From: Candidatus Marinacidobacterales bacterium
Lineage (GTDB): Bacteria > Acidobacteriota > Vicinamibacteria > Marinacidobacterales > SMYC01
DNA: 64,000 nucleotides
NCBI GenBank assembly: GCA_965224085.1
Contig: CBDCYI010000004.1
Location: 896,001-960,000, forward strand
Direction of reading: 5' to 3'
The notes under the pieces were generated by a model that made no database searches, was not told the DNA's origin, and was given only the letters and a program-made list of their open reading frames with translations. Shown one piece after another: positions 61,650 to 64,000 of the stretch. Within the stretch, counting starts at the first letter, position 1; each line of letters opens with the position of its first letter. Made by a program: the position numbers and the translations under genes.

Positions 61650-63032
61650 ATGAACCCGTTCGAGCGCCTGCCCCGCACGATTGATGACTATTTCTCACGC
61701 CTTCACGAAGCGCCCGTAACCGTAAACGTCACACCGGGTGAGGTCCGCCGCCATCTCGCCGCACGCTACGACTTCACGCATCCCATCGCCATCGAGCACC
61801 TCATCGACGATGTGAACAAGATGCTTTACGAATGGACGGAGCACGCCAGCCACCCAATGCATTTCGGCCTGTTCCGGCCCGCGATCGATCCGACGGCTAT
61901 TCTCGCAGACGCTCTCGTGGCTCTCTACGACCCCAATCTCGCGACATGGGAGTTCTCGCCGGCCGCCAACGAGATCGAGCGCCACGTCTTGGCAGCGATC
62001 GCGTCGCGCTTCGGATGGAAGCTCGAGCCCAACGGCATCGCTCATTTCACATCAGGTGGCCAGGAGGCCAATCACACGGCGGTCGCGGTGGCGCTCACGT
62101 CCAAATTCCCCGAGATCGAGCGCCAGGGGCTACGGGGGCTCAGGAAAACGCCGGTGTTCTACGCCTCCGAGGAAGGTCACCACTCGTTCGATAAAGTCGC
62201 GCACAGTGCCGGGCTCGGGCGGGACGCGCTGCGTTTCGTGCCCGCCGCAAGCGATCTCAGAATGGACCTAGAAGCGCTAGAGAGTTTGGTACGCCATGAC
62301 CGCGACCGCGGCCTAGCTCCGTTTCTCGTCGTGGGCACGGCTGGAACGACGAACGCGGGCATCGTAGACCCACTTGCGGCGCTCGAGACCTTTGCTAAAG
62401 CACAAGGACTTTGGTTTCACGTCGACGCGGCCTGGGGTGGCGCAGCCGCGATATCGAAAAGGCTTTCGCCCGTGCTCGGCGGGATCGAGCGAGCGGACTC
62501 GATCACTTGCGACGCGCACAAGTGGTTCTCCGTTCCCGTCGGCACCGGCATGTTCTTTTGTCGCCATCGGCGCGCCGTCGAGACCACGTTTGGCACCGAC
62601 GCCGCCTACGTGCCCGATCGCCACGACGACAGAACTTATCCGTTCGTCACCTCGATGCAGTGGTCGCGCCGTTTCACGGGGCTCAAGCTTTTCATGATGC
62701 TCGCGGAGCATGGGATCGAAGGGCTCGCGGCGCGCATCGAGCGTCAAACCGAGCTGGGCGACTACTTGAGAAAGCAGCTTCGCTCACACGGTTTCGTGAT
62801 TTTGAACGAAACACGCCTCCCCGTCGTCTGTCTCACGCATCCGGACATCGAATCGGGCGCCGCACCCATGTCCAATGTAGTGGAAAACCTCCGGCGAGAG
62901 CAGACAGCTTGGATTTCCAAAACCACATTGCGAGGCCACGTGCCCGCTCTTCGTGCCTGCATCGCCAACTTCCGCACGAGCCAGGAGGACATCGTCGCGC
63001 TCGTCGACGCGTTAGCCCGAGCGATAGCTTGA
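61650..63032 (+). CDS. Group II PLP-dependent decarboxylase
   Basis: FTSGGQEAN, GTAGTT, HVDAAWGG and DSITCDAHKW. Confidence 0.92.
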   Translation: MNPFERLPRTIDDYFSRLHEAPVTVNVTPGEVRRHLAARYDFTHPIAIEHLIDDVNKMLYEWTEHASHPMHFGLFRPAIDPTAILADALVALYDPNLATWEFSPAANEIERHVLAAIASRFGWKLEPNGIAHFTSGGQEANHTAVAVALTSKFPEIERQGLRGLRKTPVFYASEEGHHSFDKVAHSAGLGRDALRFVPAASDLRMDLEALESLVRHDRDRGLAPFLVVGTAGTTNAGIVDPLAALETFAKAQGLWFHVDAAWGGAAAISKRLSPVLGGIERADSITCDAHKWFSVPVGTGMFFCRHRRAVETTFGTDAAYVPDRHDDRTYPFVTSMQWSRRFTGLKLFMMLAEHGIEGLAARIERQTELGDYLRKQLRSHGFVILNETRLPVVCLTHPDIESGAAPMSNVVENLRREQTAWISKTTLRGHVPALRACIANFRTSQEDIVALVDALARAIA

Positions 63033-63247
63033 TCCCAACGAGTGCTTCCGCGCCTCCGCGGGCGCGCTCGTCCGGCGGCAGAGGGATCGAGTCTATCCTC
63101 GCGCAGCGACTGCAAGTCGTCCTCCATGGCTTCGAGAACAGCAAATTGTTGTCGGTAACCCCGCGACACACCGCGGCCTCCGAGACACTACCTTGCCTTT
63201 CGCTTCTATCGACCGGATGACGCTGGCAGTACGATTGAAAAGAATAA

Positions 63248-63262
63248 CTTACTTATAGTAAG
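63248..63262. promoter_or_regulatory. Palindromic operator of the TA operon
   Basis: cttact-tat-agtaag in the AT-rich promoter just before the antitoxin ATG. Confidence 0.55.
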
Positions 63263-63271
63263 ATTTCAAAG

Positions 63272-63544
63272 ATGAAAGTAATCAAAGTCACTTCCAAAGG
63301 ACAAATCACCATTCCTCTCGACGTGCGTACGGCGCTCGGAATCGATGAGCACACCTACCTCGAGGTATCGGAGAATGGCAACGAGATTCGTCTCCGGAAG
63401 GTCGTTCCGACTCGCCCACTTAGCGACGACGATCCCATTTGGAGCTTGATCGGAGCCGGCTCGAGTGGGCACACCGATATCGCCGAGCAACATGATCGAC
63501 ATCTGGCAGATGGAGAAATAGAGCGTTGGCGCGAATCCTCGTAG
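63272..63544 (+). CDS. AbrB/MazE-type antitoxin
   Basis: KVTSKGQITIPLDVRTALGI; acidic tail DIAEQHDRHL. Confidence 0.9.
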   Translation: MKVIKVTSKGQITIPLDVRTALGIDEHTYLEVSENGNEIRLRKVVPTRPLSDDDPIWSLIGAGSSGHTDIAEQHDRHLADGEIERWRESS

Positions 63545-63927
63545 ATACGAGTGCCGTCTTTGCCCTGGTCGATCGTAGTGACCACTGGCATTCCACAGCT
63601 AAAGCCGAGCTCGATAAGTTGAGAAGAGCGCGCTCCGAGCCCCTGCTGACAAATTTCATCGTCGCGGAGTGTCACGCGCTTCTACTCGCGCGGCTGGGCT
63701 CTCAGTTGGCGAGAAACTGGCTGACAAACAACGCGTGGTCCGTGCAACGGATTGCGGCGGAGGACGAAGCCAACGCGATTTCGATTGTCTTACAGTACAC
63801 CGACAAGACGTTCTCATACACAGATGCCACGAGCTTCGCGCTCATGCAACGTCTAGGTATCCGAAAGGCGTTCGCATTCGACCCACACTTTCGGCAATAC
63901 GGCCTCCACGTTGTCGGTCTTCCTTGA
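63526..63927 (+). CDS. vapC: PIN-domain toxin
   Basis: ILVDTSA, FSYTDATSF and FAFDPHF; overlaps the antitoxin gene. Confidence 0.92.
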   Translation: MARILVDTSAVFALVDRSDHWHSTAKAELDKLRRARSEPLLTNFIVAECHALLLARLGSQLARNWLTNNAWSVQRIAAEDEANAISIVLQYTDKTFSYTDATSFALMQRLGIRKAFAFDPHFRQYGLHVVGLP

Positions 63928-64000
63928 GGCACGAGCGGGAGCGGCGGCACGGTCGCGAGACGGAGCGATCAAGCGCCCGGCTCACGTCCGCGATCGACGA

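Overview
GC-rich bacterial window, probably Acidobacteriota (Vicinamibacteria-like, inferred from the ADOP-type permease, VWFA-related protein and DUF5916-like protein). It shows heavy decay: about 15 genes are truncated, frameshifted or fused by deletions. Intact genes include ilvBNC, a TctCBA-MmgE/PrpD-SDR operon, several hydrolases, a C25 peptidase and a VapBC pair. There are several IS elements, some nested: IS200 inside a DUF169 gene, IS1634 interrupted by an IS1595 element, an ISNCY, and a second IS1595 element carrying an IS200 fragment. The main observation concerns the two IS1595-family elements (6655-9392 and 24452-26465), which have divergent transposases and different terminal repeats. 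Both carry the same module at the end opposite the transposase: a sigma70-like promoter whose -35 lies inside the terminal inverted repeat, then at identical spacing a ~140-nt structured non-coding segment with compensatory base changes, then a conserved lipoprotein signal and Pro/Thr linker with a different C-terminal region. I do not recognise this IS1595-associated structured RNA as a described family. All family assignments come from motif recognition by eye; no searches were run.
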